Assembly (NCBI GenBank): GCA_038858525.1
Contig: JAWCFL010000002.1
Coordinates: 1 to 13,090 of the forward strand
Source: Candidatus Jordarchaeales archaeon
Lineage (GTDB): Archaea; Asgardarchaeota; Jordiarchaeia; Jordiarchaeales; Freyrarchaeaceae
Length of the DNA stretch: 13,090 nt
Reading direction: 5' to 3'
Shown here: positions 6,087 through 13,090 of the stretch, piece after piece
How positions within the stretch are numbered: the stretch's first letter is position 1
Layout: each line of letters opens with the position of its first letter
The notes under the pieces: model-generated
Told to the model about the DNA's origin: nothing
The model's input: the letters and a program-made list of their open reading frames with translations, nothing else
Database searches by the model: none
Program-made: the position numbers and the translations under genes

Positions 6087-7142
6087 GTGGAAAGGTTAGA
6101 GTACAGGATGACTAAGGTCGTAGCGCTTCACGGTTGAGCCTGCAAGGTCCCTCAAGCAAACCTAAGGATACTCCTGGAGAAGGCAGGAATCACCGTTCCG
6201 CGGAGTGTTCTGAGTGGCCCAGATGAGGACGCCGCCGTGATACGCATACGGGATGACATGGTTCTCGTGAAGACTATAGATTTCATAACGCCAAACGTTG
6301 ATGAAGGTTATGTTCAGGGGAAGATAGCGGCCGCGAATGCGACGAGTGACGTGTACAGCGCAGCCACGTGCGGGCTGCGTGCATAAGCAAAAGGAGCGAC
6401 GGAAATAGCTGGATTCTTAGCGGTTTTAGGAGTTCCTACTGATATGCCTTTAGAGATAGCGGTGGAGATTCTTCGTGGGATCAGAGATTACTTGGAAGAA
6501 GTTGGAGGATCCTTCGTTGGTGGGCACACCATATTTAACCCTTGGCCTCTTTCAGGTGGTGAAGTTACTGCTGTAGCTCACCCTGACCAGATCGTTTACC
6601 AGAGAGGCGCTAAGGTGGGGGATGTGTTCGTCTTGACCAAGCCGTTGGGGACTCAGCCAGCAATGGCCGTTTATAGGACCATTAAGGACCCAGATACTTG
6701 CGAAATGGTGCTTAGTGTGCTCTCAAGAAGAGAAGCGGAAGAGCTTGTTGAGAAGGCGATAAAGTTCATGACGACTTCTAATAAGCCAGTTGCTGAAGCT
6801 ATGCTGGAAGTTAAGCCCAACGCTGCAACGGACGTGACGGGCTTCGGGCTAGTGGGGCACGCTGAAAACATAGCTAGAGAAAGTGGAGTAGACGTTGAAA
6901 TACAGGCCATACCCGTTATGAAGAACGCGGTACAGGTTTCCGAGCTTTTTAGCTACGGGCTGGAGAGAGGTGAGGCGGCAGAGACGTCTGGTGGAATCTT
7001 AGTAGCACTGCCACGAAAAAGAGTTGACGAGTTCATGGATGCGCTAAGAAGCCGAGGAGTCACAGCTTACATCATTGGGGAAGCTAAGCAGGGCAATGGG
7101 AAGGTCACCGTGAAGCCGGATGTCGAATTAATAGAGGTTTAG
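6087..7142 (+). CDS. selD: Selenophosphate synthetase (selenoprotein, UGA 6135-6137 = Sec), two exons: join(6087-6356, 6387-7142), 341 aa after splicing
   Basis: MERLEYRMTKVVALHG-U-ACK matches the archaeal SelD LHGUACK motif. Also present: DEDAAV, KTIDFITP, AAANATSDVY|AKG, GGHT, LTKPLGTQ, TDVTGFGLVGH and AETSGG. The alternative start is ATG 6108. Confidence 0.93.
6357..6386 (+). other. Predicted 30-nt relaxed-BHB mRNA intron in selD
   Basis: GUGU-AC|A-GCGCAGCC-(ACGUGCG)-GGCUGCGU-GCAU-AA|G: an 8-bp intron helix and a 4-bp central helix with two G-U pairs. It contains an in-frame TAA (6384-6386). Removal restores SDVYAKG. Confidence 0.8.
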
Positions 7143-7164
7143 GTGATGAAGGGGGAAGATAAAG

Positions 7165-7213
7165 GCTGTTTCCTTCCACCAGAACCCCCACAGCAGTGGG
7201 CTGAGTAGACAGC
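7165..7213 (+). promoter_or_regulatory. Candidate archaeal-type SECIS in the selD 3' UTR
   Basis: Imperfect hairpin closed by GCTGT/ACAGC with core CA-GAA-CCC…GGG-C-TG. It resembles the archaeal GAA-SSS-loop-SSS-A core but has C in place of the 3' A. Confidence 0.4.
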
Positions 7214-7279
7214 AACAGGGCTATGCTAATTTTGGAATTTCATGGTCCAGCTGACCGTAACGTCTCGGAAGGAGGAAAA

Positions 7280-7294
7280 GGAAAAATTTTTAAT
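7280..7294 (+). promoter_or_regulatory. BRE/TATA promoter of the MarC-family gene
   Basis: GGAAAAA-TTTTTAAT about 41-48 nt upstream of ATG 7335. Confidence 0.5.
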
Positions 7295-7334
7295 TTCTGT
7301 CGCTTTTTTTCCCTAAAAACAATGACGTTGATTG

Positions 7335-7970
7335 ATGGTGGAATTTTTGCTTCCAGAAACCATAATGATAAACTTGATCTGCTCCCTGCCAGATTTGGTG
7401 AGAGCGTTCATTTCGTTGTTCGTGATAATGGACCCTGTAGGTAACATTCCGATCTTTCTGAGTCTTACGGAAGATATGAAACCAGAGGAAAGAAAGCGCA
7501 CGTTTCACCTCGCTCTTGTAACAGGGTTTATTCTGCTGATGTGCTTCGCCGCCCTAGGAAATTACATTTTGTTCCTTTTCGGAATAACCATAGAGAGCTT
7601 CATGATCGCCGGCGGAATACTCCTACTGGTGATCGCTTTGCGAATACTCATTCTCGGATGGAAAAGGGAGGAGTCGCTACCCTCCGAGAGCGTTGGTGTT
7701 GTCCCCATAGCTTGTCCCCTCCTAGTTGGCCCCGGAGCAATAACTACCGCCATAATGTACCTTCAAGCTTCAGGCGTCATAGTGACTACAACAGCAGTGA
7801 TTCTTTCGTTCATCGTCACTTGGCTCGTACTCAAGTTTATAGACCCGTTCAGCCGCTTTCTAGGCAAAACGGGAAGCCTTGTAATAGCACGAGTCATGGC
7901 GCTCATAATAGCAGCAATAGCAGTAGAACTCATAATTAAGGGAATAACATATATATTTAAGCCGTTTTGA
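7335..7970 (+). CDS. marC: MarC-family integral membrane protein
   Basis: Motifs FVIMDPVGNIPIF, FGITIESFMIAGGILL, VPIACPLLVGPGAIT and RVMALIIAAIAVE. The start could also be 7332 or further downstream. Confidence 0.9.
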   Translation: MVEFLLPETIMINLICSLPDLVRAFISLFVIMDPVGNIPIFLSLTEDMKPEERKRTFHLALVTGFILLMCFAALGNYILFLFGITIESFMIAGGILLLVIALRILILGWKREESLPSESVGVVPIACPLLVGPGAITTAIMYLQASGVIVTTTAVILSFIVTWLVLKFIDPFSRFLGKTGSLVIARVMALIIAAIAVELIIKGITYIFKPF

Positions 7971-8011
7971 GGGAGGCGCCCTCACAGTTTAACGTAAATT
8001 TTCCCTTTTCC
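7968..8011 (+). terminator. Hairpin plus pyrimidine tract after marC
   Basis: TGAGGG-AGGCG-CCCTCA followed by TTTTCCCTTTTCC, in the spacer between convergent genes. Confidence 0.3.
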
Positions 8012-8103
8012 TTCAAAGATGCTAAAACCAAGAAGTATTGTTACTTAAACGAAGTTGTCTGGAGAAAAGGAGGGATTTAACAAAAAGAGGGGGGAATCAG
8101 GGT

Positions 8104-9381
8104 TTACAGTTTCTCTATAGCTTTCCGAGCGGTCTTGCCACGTCCAAGCCGCTCATGTGCCTTAGCTAAGTGCCCTGCTGCTAAGGCACCAATCAGTGAG
8201 ACTTCGCCAGCTAGTGCTGCTGAACACGCTATTTCGGCGAATTTCCTTGCAAGTGTTCCGGGAGGCGCGCCTCTAATAAAGCCGCCTCCACAATCCATTA
8301 TGGACAGGGCCTCTTGATACTGTGGCAGCCACATGCCTCCCCCGATCGTTCCACATATCATCGACGGTAGTGTTAACGAGACATACAGGTCTCCGTTTTC
8401 GAGTACCTCAGCGGTCACTATCCCCATGCTACTCTCGCCTATGTGTGCTGCATCCTGTCCTGTAGCTAGCCATATGGCTGCAATTATGTTTGCGACGTGA
8501 GCGTTGAGGCCGTAGGCTGCAGCTTGTCCTGTTCCTATGTAAAGCTTCCTGTAGACTACTTCGACCATATCTTCGGGGGTGGTTTTCAGTACTTCTTTGA
8601 TGTATTCTCTTTTTAGCACGGCTTCCGCTTGCACGGTCTTTCCTCGGCCGAGGATGTAGTTAAGGGCTGAGGGCTTCTTGTCGACGCACATGTTGCCTGA
8701 AAGGGCTATGGTCTTCGCCCATGGGAACTGCTGTTCTATGTAGTTGCACACCTTGTCGCTTGCTGATGTAGCCATATTCATGCCCATGGCGTCTCCAGCT
8801 TCTGCCACGAACCGTACGAAGACGTTGCGCCCAATTATCCAGTGCTGGACGTCGACGAGTTTGAGAAATGGGTCGTCTCCTTCGAAAACCCTTTTTATTT
8901 CTTCGAAGTTTTGGTGTATCCACTCGACGAGTTTTACCGCGTGCTCCGTGTCAGGGACACATATGCATGGAGCTCTAGTTATCCCTGACTTTAGTACCCT
9001 TGCTCGCGCGCCGCCACTGGCTGTTATAGTGCGGCATCCCCTGTTAACGCTGGCTACGAGGGCGCCTTCAGTTGTGGCGAGCGGGATGAAATACTCGCCG
9101 TCCGCCACTTCACCTTTCACTCTTAGTGGTCCAGCTACTCCGAGGGGGATTTGCTGGACACCTATTGGGTTCTCGATGTTCCGGGATGCTGTCTCGTCGA
9201 GATTTATGGAGTAGCTTCCGATATGCCTAAGCTCTTTTCCCGTGATTTTTTCTATTGCCCTCCTCCTCACCCGCGCGGCGGCGTCTACACTACCCGTGTA
9301 TTTCTCTACTTCGTGAAGTTTTAATTCTCCTTTAACGAGTTTTTCGACAAGTTCTTCCTCCGACAACTCGAGACTAGTCAT
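8104..9381 (-). CDS. hmgA: Class I HMG-CoA reductase
   Basis: Motifs NIENPIG, LATTEGALVASVNRG, GDAMGMNM, SGNMCVDKK, TGQDAAH, GTIGGG and the C-terminal catalytic His (AHERLGR). Confidence 0.96.
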   Translation of the reverse strand: MTSLELSEEELVEKLVKGELKLHEVEKYTGSVDAAARVRRRAIEKITGKELRHIGSYSINLDETASRNIENPIGVQQIPLGVAGPLRVKGEVADGEYFIPLATTEGALVASVNRGCRTITASGGARARVLKSGITRAPCICVPDTEHAVKLVEWIHQNFEEIKRVFEGDDPFLKLVDVQHWIIGRNVFVRFVAEAGDAMGMNMATSASDKVCNYIEQQFPWAKTIALSGNMCVDKKPSALNYILGRGKTVQAEAVLKREYIKEVLKTTPEDMVEVVYRKLYIGTGQAAAYGLNAHVANIIAAIWLATGQDAAHIGESSMGIVTAEVLENGDLYVSLTLPSMICGTIGGGMWLPQYQEALSIMDCGGGFIRGAPPGTLARKFAEIACSAALAGEVSLIGALAAGHLAKAHERLGRGKTARKAIEKL

Positions 9382-9395
9382 TTTTTCACGCTCCT

Positions 9396-9815
9396 TTACT
9401 TTTTCTTTTCCACTTCTATTATTCCTTTTGATGAGTCTACTTTGACCCAGTCGCCTGTTTTTATCGATTCGACCGGGTCTGGGGTGACACGATGAATGAG
9501 GGGGATTCCCGCTACGACCGCTCCTATTAGTGTTACGGTGTCTGCTTTTCTCTGGATCATTGCTCTGGGAGCTAACCCCTTCTCTGCAAGGTTTATGATA
9601 ACATACGTGCCAACAGTTGAGCCGACACCCGTAGGGAAGACGAGCACGCGCCCAGCTACGCTCTCGCCCTCTAGGGGGTGGTTTTGGATGATGCCCGTCT
9701 CCGGGTTAACGTTGCCCAGAAAAGATATTGGAGACTCCGATACGAGGGCTTCCCCCTCAGCAACAGGTGACTTAAGGGCCTTTAAACCAAAACCCTTCAA
9801 GACGATTTTCGTCAT
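9396..9815 (-). CDS. DUF126 / AcnX swiveling subunit; probable phosphomevalonate dehydratase small subunit
   Basis: Motifs GEALVSESPISFLG, GRVLVFPTGVGSTVG and GAVVAGIP, adjacent to DUF521. Confidence 0.88.
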   Translation of the reverse strand: MTKIVLKGFGLKALKSPVAEGEALVSESPISFLGNVNPETGIIQNHPLEGESVAGRVLVFPTGVGSTVGTYVIINLAEKGLAPRAMIQRKADTVTLIGAVVAGIPLIHRVTPDPVESIKTGDWVKVDSSKGIIEVEKKK

Positions 9816-10984
9816 TGTTTAGACCCCAATGCCGCTTTCACACATTTCTCAGTTGGCTGAAGAGAAGCTTCCATCTTGTTCATTGAGGGAGCGTAATGGG
9901 CTGCTTTGGCGGAATCCGTCAACAGACCACTGAAGCCTTTTAACGGGGCAACTATGGGGCATGTGTCGCAGAAGACCTTTCCTCCAGCCCGCTCTATTTT
10001 CTGGACGAAGCCCATTTGCTCCCCGAGGCACTTAACCTGCCGGGAAGTGAAGATCCAGAGAGGAGTCTTAACCCGCTTCCCCTCAACGATTTCAGCCACT
10101 CTCCTCAACTCATATATTGAGTAGTGAGGGCAACCTAGCATAACGACGTCCGGTTCTCCCGTCAGGCTAAATGATTCAAAAACCTCATTAATTTCTCCTT
10201 TACCTATTTCTATTTTTTCTAGGTTTTCAGTTACCTCCACTGACCCCCAATAATACAAAGCAACTGCACCAGATGCTGCCGCGGCAGATGACAGGTGCTT
10301 TGCTTCAACTAGTGGGAGAGGATTATCGCTCTGTATCAGGGGGACTGCATCTCCGAAGTCTTTTCCGATAAGGTATCCCAGGGCGCCGTAATGTGTTGGG
10401 GACTCTAGGGCAACGTTGACTTTCACCCTTACGGTGGGAAGCCTGTTTTCATCTAAGTGGAGCCCGTAAAGAGGGGTTTTTCCCGTTATTGCTGATGCGA
10501 GGGCTGAAAGACCGCTTTCTCTGTTTGTCCGCGCGTTCAAGTATGAGTTGATGAAAGCGACAGCTGACGACTCTGCGAAGGAGACGTGAGCACCCCTAGC
10601 TGGAATATTTCCAGCTTCATACGGAGTGCAGCTACACGTCGCAAAAACACCCATTCTCTCGTAAAGAGAAATGATCTCCTTCTGCTTCTCAAAAAACGTT
10701 TCCTCGACCCCCATCTCCCTCCACCTTTCAAGATCCACTCCTCCCGGATTCAGTGTGGCGGGGATTAGCGTCCTGGATCCCAGAGAAGAGAATTTTTTTA
10801 GTGTTGTTAGGAGAGCGTCTCCCCCCGTTTTGTACGACACACCTGAAATGTGGGCGCTTTGTATTGGTATAAGGCGCTCTGCCTCAAAGAAGTCCCCTAA
10901 GGAGCAGAGCACCCTCATCGCTAGGCTTACCGCCTCGCCGTATTCGCCGTCCAGTGCCTTCTCCTCTTCTTTAGTCAGATACAT
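9812..10984 (-). CDS. DUF521 / AcnX catalytic subunit; probable phosphomevalonate dehydratase large subunit
   Basis: Motifs MYLTKEEE, AHISGVSY, TLNP, CSCTPY, AESSAV, NRESG, LGCPH, DTC and DSAKAAHY. The start is placed at ATG 10984 (MYLT). Confidence 0.9.
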   Translation of the reverse strand: MYLTKEEEKALDGEYGEAVSLAMRVLCSLGDFFEAERLIPIQSAHISGVSYKTGGDALLTTLKKFSSLGSRTLIPATLNPGGVDLERWREMGVEETFFEKQKEIISLYERMGVFATCSCTPYEAGNIPARGAHVSFAESSAVAFINSYLNARTNRESGLSALASAITGKTPLYGLHLDENRLPTVRVKVNVALESPTHYGALGYLIGKDFGDAVPLIQSDNPLPLVEAKHLSSAAAASGAVALYYWGSVEVTENLEKIEIGKGEINEVFESFSLTGEPDVVMLGCPHYSIYELRRVAEIVEGKRVKTPLWIFTSRQVKCLGEQMGFVQKIERAGGKVFCDTCPIVAPLKGFSGLLTDSAKAAHYAPSMNKMEASLQPTEKCVKAALGSKQ

Positions 10985-12272
10985 AATCCTCAACTCTTAT
11001 TAATTCATACCCGGGGATCCTAGCGGGAAGAAACTTCTCTCGCGGCTTGTCGAAGGGTATAGTGGCGTCAACCCCAACTTTAGTTGTCTCCCGTGTTCTC
11101 TGGTCAGCGGACGGGTCGAGCGATGACCCTTTGCCAGCAACTACGACGAGGTTCTTTGATGCTTGGAAGCGCGTAGCTATAGCGTACTCGACTGAGTATG
11201 GGTCGTGAATATCTATGTCTTCATCAACCACTACCACGTGCTTCAGTGACTTGTGCGCTCTGAAGGCCGCCTCTATCGCCTTCAATCCGTCGTCAGGATT
11301 CCTTTTCTTTATTTTAACAACGCAGTGGAGCCACGAGCACCCTCCAGGTGTTAGGAGGACATCCAGGCACTCGCAAAACTTACCGACTTCCCGGTATATT
11401 GCCGGTTCCCTAGGTAGACCCATGAGGATTCTATGCTCCATCCCTCCTGGAAGTATTGCTTGGTATATCGCGTCCTTCGCGTGAGTGAAGCGGCGCACCT
11501 CGACCACGGGTTGCTCCCGCACTATATCATATGTCCCTGTTATGTCTGGAAAGGGACCTTCCTCCACTAGTTCCTTGGTTATTCTTGCCTCTAGAAGTAT
11601 TTCAGCGTCGGCTGGAACCTCCAAGTCGACGGTCCTACATTTAGTGAGCTTCAATGGCTTTAAGCTGTTGGCTATAGTGTACTCGTCGACGTCGGGTGAA
11701 AGCGAGGTGGCTGCTGCAACGAGGACTGAGGGAGGGTTTCCTATGGTTATGGCGGCATCGAGCTCGCCTCCAGCCCGCTTAAGATACAAGTCTAAGTCCC
11801 TGTCTTCTACAACCCTTATAGCAAAGCGCTTTTCATCTAAAAGCATAAGTCTATGAAAGCTAATGTTACGTCCGTACTCAGGATCACGCACAGTGACCAC
11901 GCCAGCAGTCACGTATGGTCCACCATCTCGCTCCATATGGGTCAGTATAGGGAGGCGGGTCAGGTCTAGGGGCTCAACAACCTCGAAGCAACGTCCGTCG
12001 CTTACTACTTCTGGCTCTGTCGGGTTTTCCATGGCTTCAGCGATCCTTCTCAGAAGGCCTTGGACCGATACGCCAAGCCCTCCTGCCAGCAGTTCCCTGC
12101 TCGAACACAGATTTCCTGCCACCCTAAACTTGCTTCCCTTAACATTCTCGAAGATTATAGGTTTACCATCAACTTTCTTCATCAAAGCAGGGATTTCGTA
12201 TCTGGTTGATACAAGCTTCTTGACTTTGATAAGAAGCCCTTTTTCCTCTAGCCAAGACAGGAAGTTTCTCAT
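10971..12272 (-). CDS. UbiD-family prFMN-dependent decarboxylase; probable trans-anhydromevalonate 5-phosphate decarboxylase
   Basis: Motifs DGGPYVTAG, EGPFPD, VVVVDEDIDI, AIATRFQ, GSSLDPS and KVGVDAT. The specific function is inferred from the mevalonate-operon context. Confidence 0.88.
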   Translation of the reverse strand: MRNFLSWLEEKGLLIKVKKLVSTRYEIPALMKKVDGKPIIFENVKGSKFRVAGNLCSSRELLAGGLGVSVQGLLRRIAEAMENPTEPEVVSDGRCFEVVEPLDLTRLPILTHMERDGGPYVTAGVVTVRDPEYGRNISFHRLMLLDEKRFAIRVVEDRDLDLYLKRAGGELDAAITIGNPPSVLVAAATSLSPDVDEYTIANSLKPLKLTKCRTVDLEVPADAEILLEARITKELVEEGPFPDITGTYDIVREQPVVEVRRFTHAKDAIYQAILPGGMEHRILMGLPREPAIYREVGKFCECLDVLLTPGGCSWLHCVVKIKKRNPDDGLKAIEAAFRAHKSLKHVVVVDEDIDIHDPYSVEYAIATRFQASKNLVVVAGKGSSLDPSADQRTRETTKVGVDATIPFDKPREKFLPARIPGYELIRVEDYVSD

Positions 12273-12302
12273 GATACTCTAGGCACCTCTCGAAGTTACA
12301 GC

Positions 12303-12725
12303 CTAGCACTTTCTTTCTGGAGCACCATTAGCATTTAAAATTGGCCTAAACTTGTAGCCGTAGTATATGGGTCCTTCCCGCCCATTTTCCTTTACTTTCC
12401 TTATCACGGCTTCTACGTCTACGTCTAGGTCTAGCTTGTTAGGGTCTGCGTCAGTTATTTGTGCCGTTATATGTGTTCCGTCTTCAAGCCTGACGAGGCC
12501 AACTATGTAGGGAGTGTAAAGCTCAAACCCCTTGGGCGGGGTGTGTATCACGGTATACGTCACCAGTTTCCCTTTCGTTGGAAGCTTCTTCTTTTCTAGC
12601 TCCCTTGAACCGCACTCGGTGCACAGTTCCCTCGGAGGGAAGTATGTCGTTGAGCACTTAGGACAGAAAACCGCCTCGAGGCGGTACCTTTGAGGAATTT
12701 CTCTCCAGAGGTTGGACGGCAACAT
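12303..12725 (-). CDS. DUF35 Zn-ribbon/OB-fold scaffold partner of thiolase and HMG-CoA synthase
   Basis: CPKC…CTEC zinc ribbon, WREIPQRYRL and YGYKFRP motifs, SD GAGGTG before ATG 12725, and position directly after thiolase. Confidence 0.92.
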   Translation of the reverse strand: MLPSNLWREIPQRYRLEAVFCPKCSTTYFPPRELCTECGSRELEKKKLPTKGKLVTYTVIHTPPKGFELYTPYIVGLVRLEDGTHITAQITDADPNKLDLDVDVEAVIRKVKENGREGPIYYGYKFRPILNANGAPERKC

Positions 12726-12735
12726 ATTAAACACC

Positions 12736-13090
12736 TCACTTAGCTTTAAACACGTGAACTATAGCGGACGTACCAAATCCACTTGTGTTGTGTGACAGCC
12801 CTATTCGGGCATCCGGCACCTGCCTTTTACCAGCGTCACCACGCAACTGGAGAACTATTTCTGCGGCCTGGTATATTCCAGTCGCTCCTATCGGGTGGCC
12901 GCGCGCCTTTAATCCCCCGGATGGGTTTATCGGTATTTCACCGTCTAGGCTTATCAAGCCTTCCTCCACCGCCATCCATCCTTCACCCTTCCTCACGAAG
13001 CCAAGATCCTCTATGGCTAAGATCCCAGCTATCGAGAAAGAGTCGTGAACTTCTGCCACATCCACGTCCTCGGGGGTTATGTTAGCCATC
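12736..13090 (-). CDS. Acetoacetyl-CoA thiolase (archaeal type), C-terminal part; truncated by the window edge
   Basis: Motifs [27 protein letters not shown] and QLRG…RQV. Confidence 0.93.
   Translation of the reverse strand, partial: MANITPEDVDVAEVHDSFSIAGILAIEDLGFVRKGEGWMAVEEGLISLDGEIPINPSGGLKARGHPIGATGIYQAAEIVLQLRGDAGKRQVPDARIGLSHNTSGFGTSAIVHVFKAK

Noticed and set aside
6358-6385. Alternative 28-nt excision register for the selD insert
   Set aside because: It is structurally possible but gives a frameshift (TAC AAG CAA AAG…). It is kept only as a caveat and an experimental control.
6444-7142. selD as a 232-aa protein or a double-nonsense pseudogene
   Set aside because: The UGA is at the known Sec position, the TAA lies in a precisely excisable hairpin insert, and the rest of the protein is intact.
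7142-7180. Eukaryote/Loki-type SECIS (AUGA…GA) in hairpin B
   Set aside because: AUGA is present, but there is no opposing GA to form the non-Watson-Crick quartet.
8261-8289. GGAGGCG/CGCCTCC hairpin around a small FIRG insertion in HMGR as a micro-intron
   Set aside because: A 12-nt excision cannot accommodate BHB geometry, and the symmetry is explained by Gly-Gly and Ala-Pro-Pro codons.
149-13085. Numerous short opposite-strand or alternate-frame ORFs in the track (e.g. 2312-2767, 4164-4418, 8744-9214, 11485-11856)
   Set aside because: They are shadows of well-supported genes or low-complexity spacer translations, with no motifs or SD support.

Overview
Archaeal core-genome window with G-rich Shine-Dalgarno sites, BRE/TATA promoters and T-rich terminators. 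The host is probably a selenocysteine-using lineage (inference). Three blocks: (1) a group 4 membrane-bound [NiFe]-hydrogenase / complex-I-like module (NuoB-, C-, D-, H-, I-like genes on the minus strand, with a divergent NuoA-like gene); (2) a GcvH-like lipoyl carrier, selenophosphate synthetase selD (in-frame UGA = Sec) and a MarC-family gene; (3) a modified archaeal (Aeropyrum-type) mevalonate operon: thiolase, DUF35, UbiD-family decarboxylase, AcnX large and small subunits, and HMG-CoA reductase. The main discovery is that two protein-coding genes are interrupted by short stop-containing inserts that fold into bulge-helix-bulge (BHB) splicing motifs. One is a 50-nt insert in the hydrogenase large subunit (3086-3135, minus; canonical hBHBh'). 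The other is a 30-nt insert in selD (6357-6386, plus; relaxed motif). Both have the same ACA/AAG bulges, and cutting at the canonical BHB positions restores full-length conserved proteins. This suggests tRNA-endonuclease-type mRNA splicing of metabolic genes beyond the textbook cbf5 case. None of this has been confirmed by RNA data or database searches.
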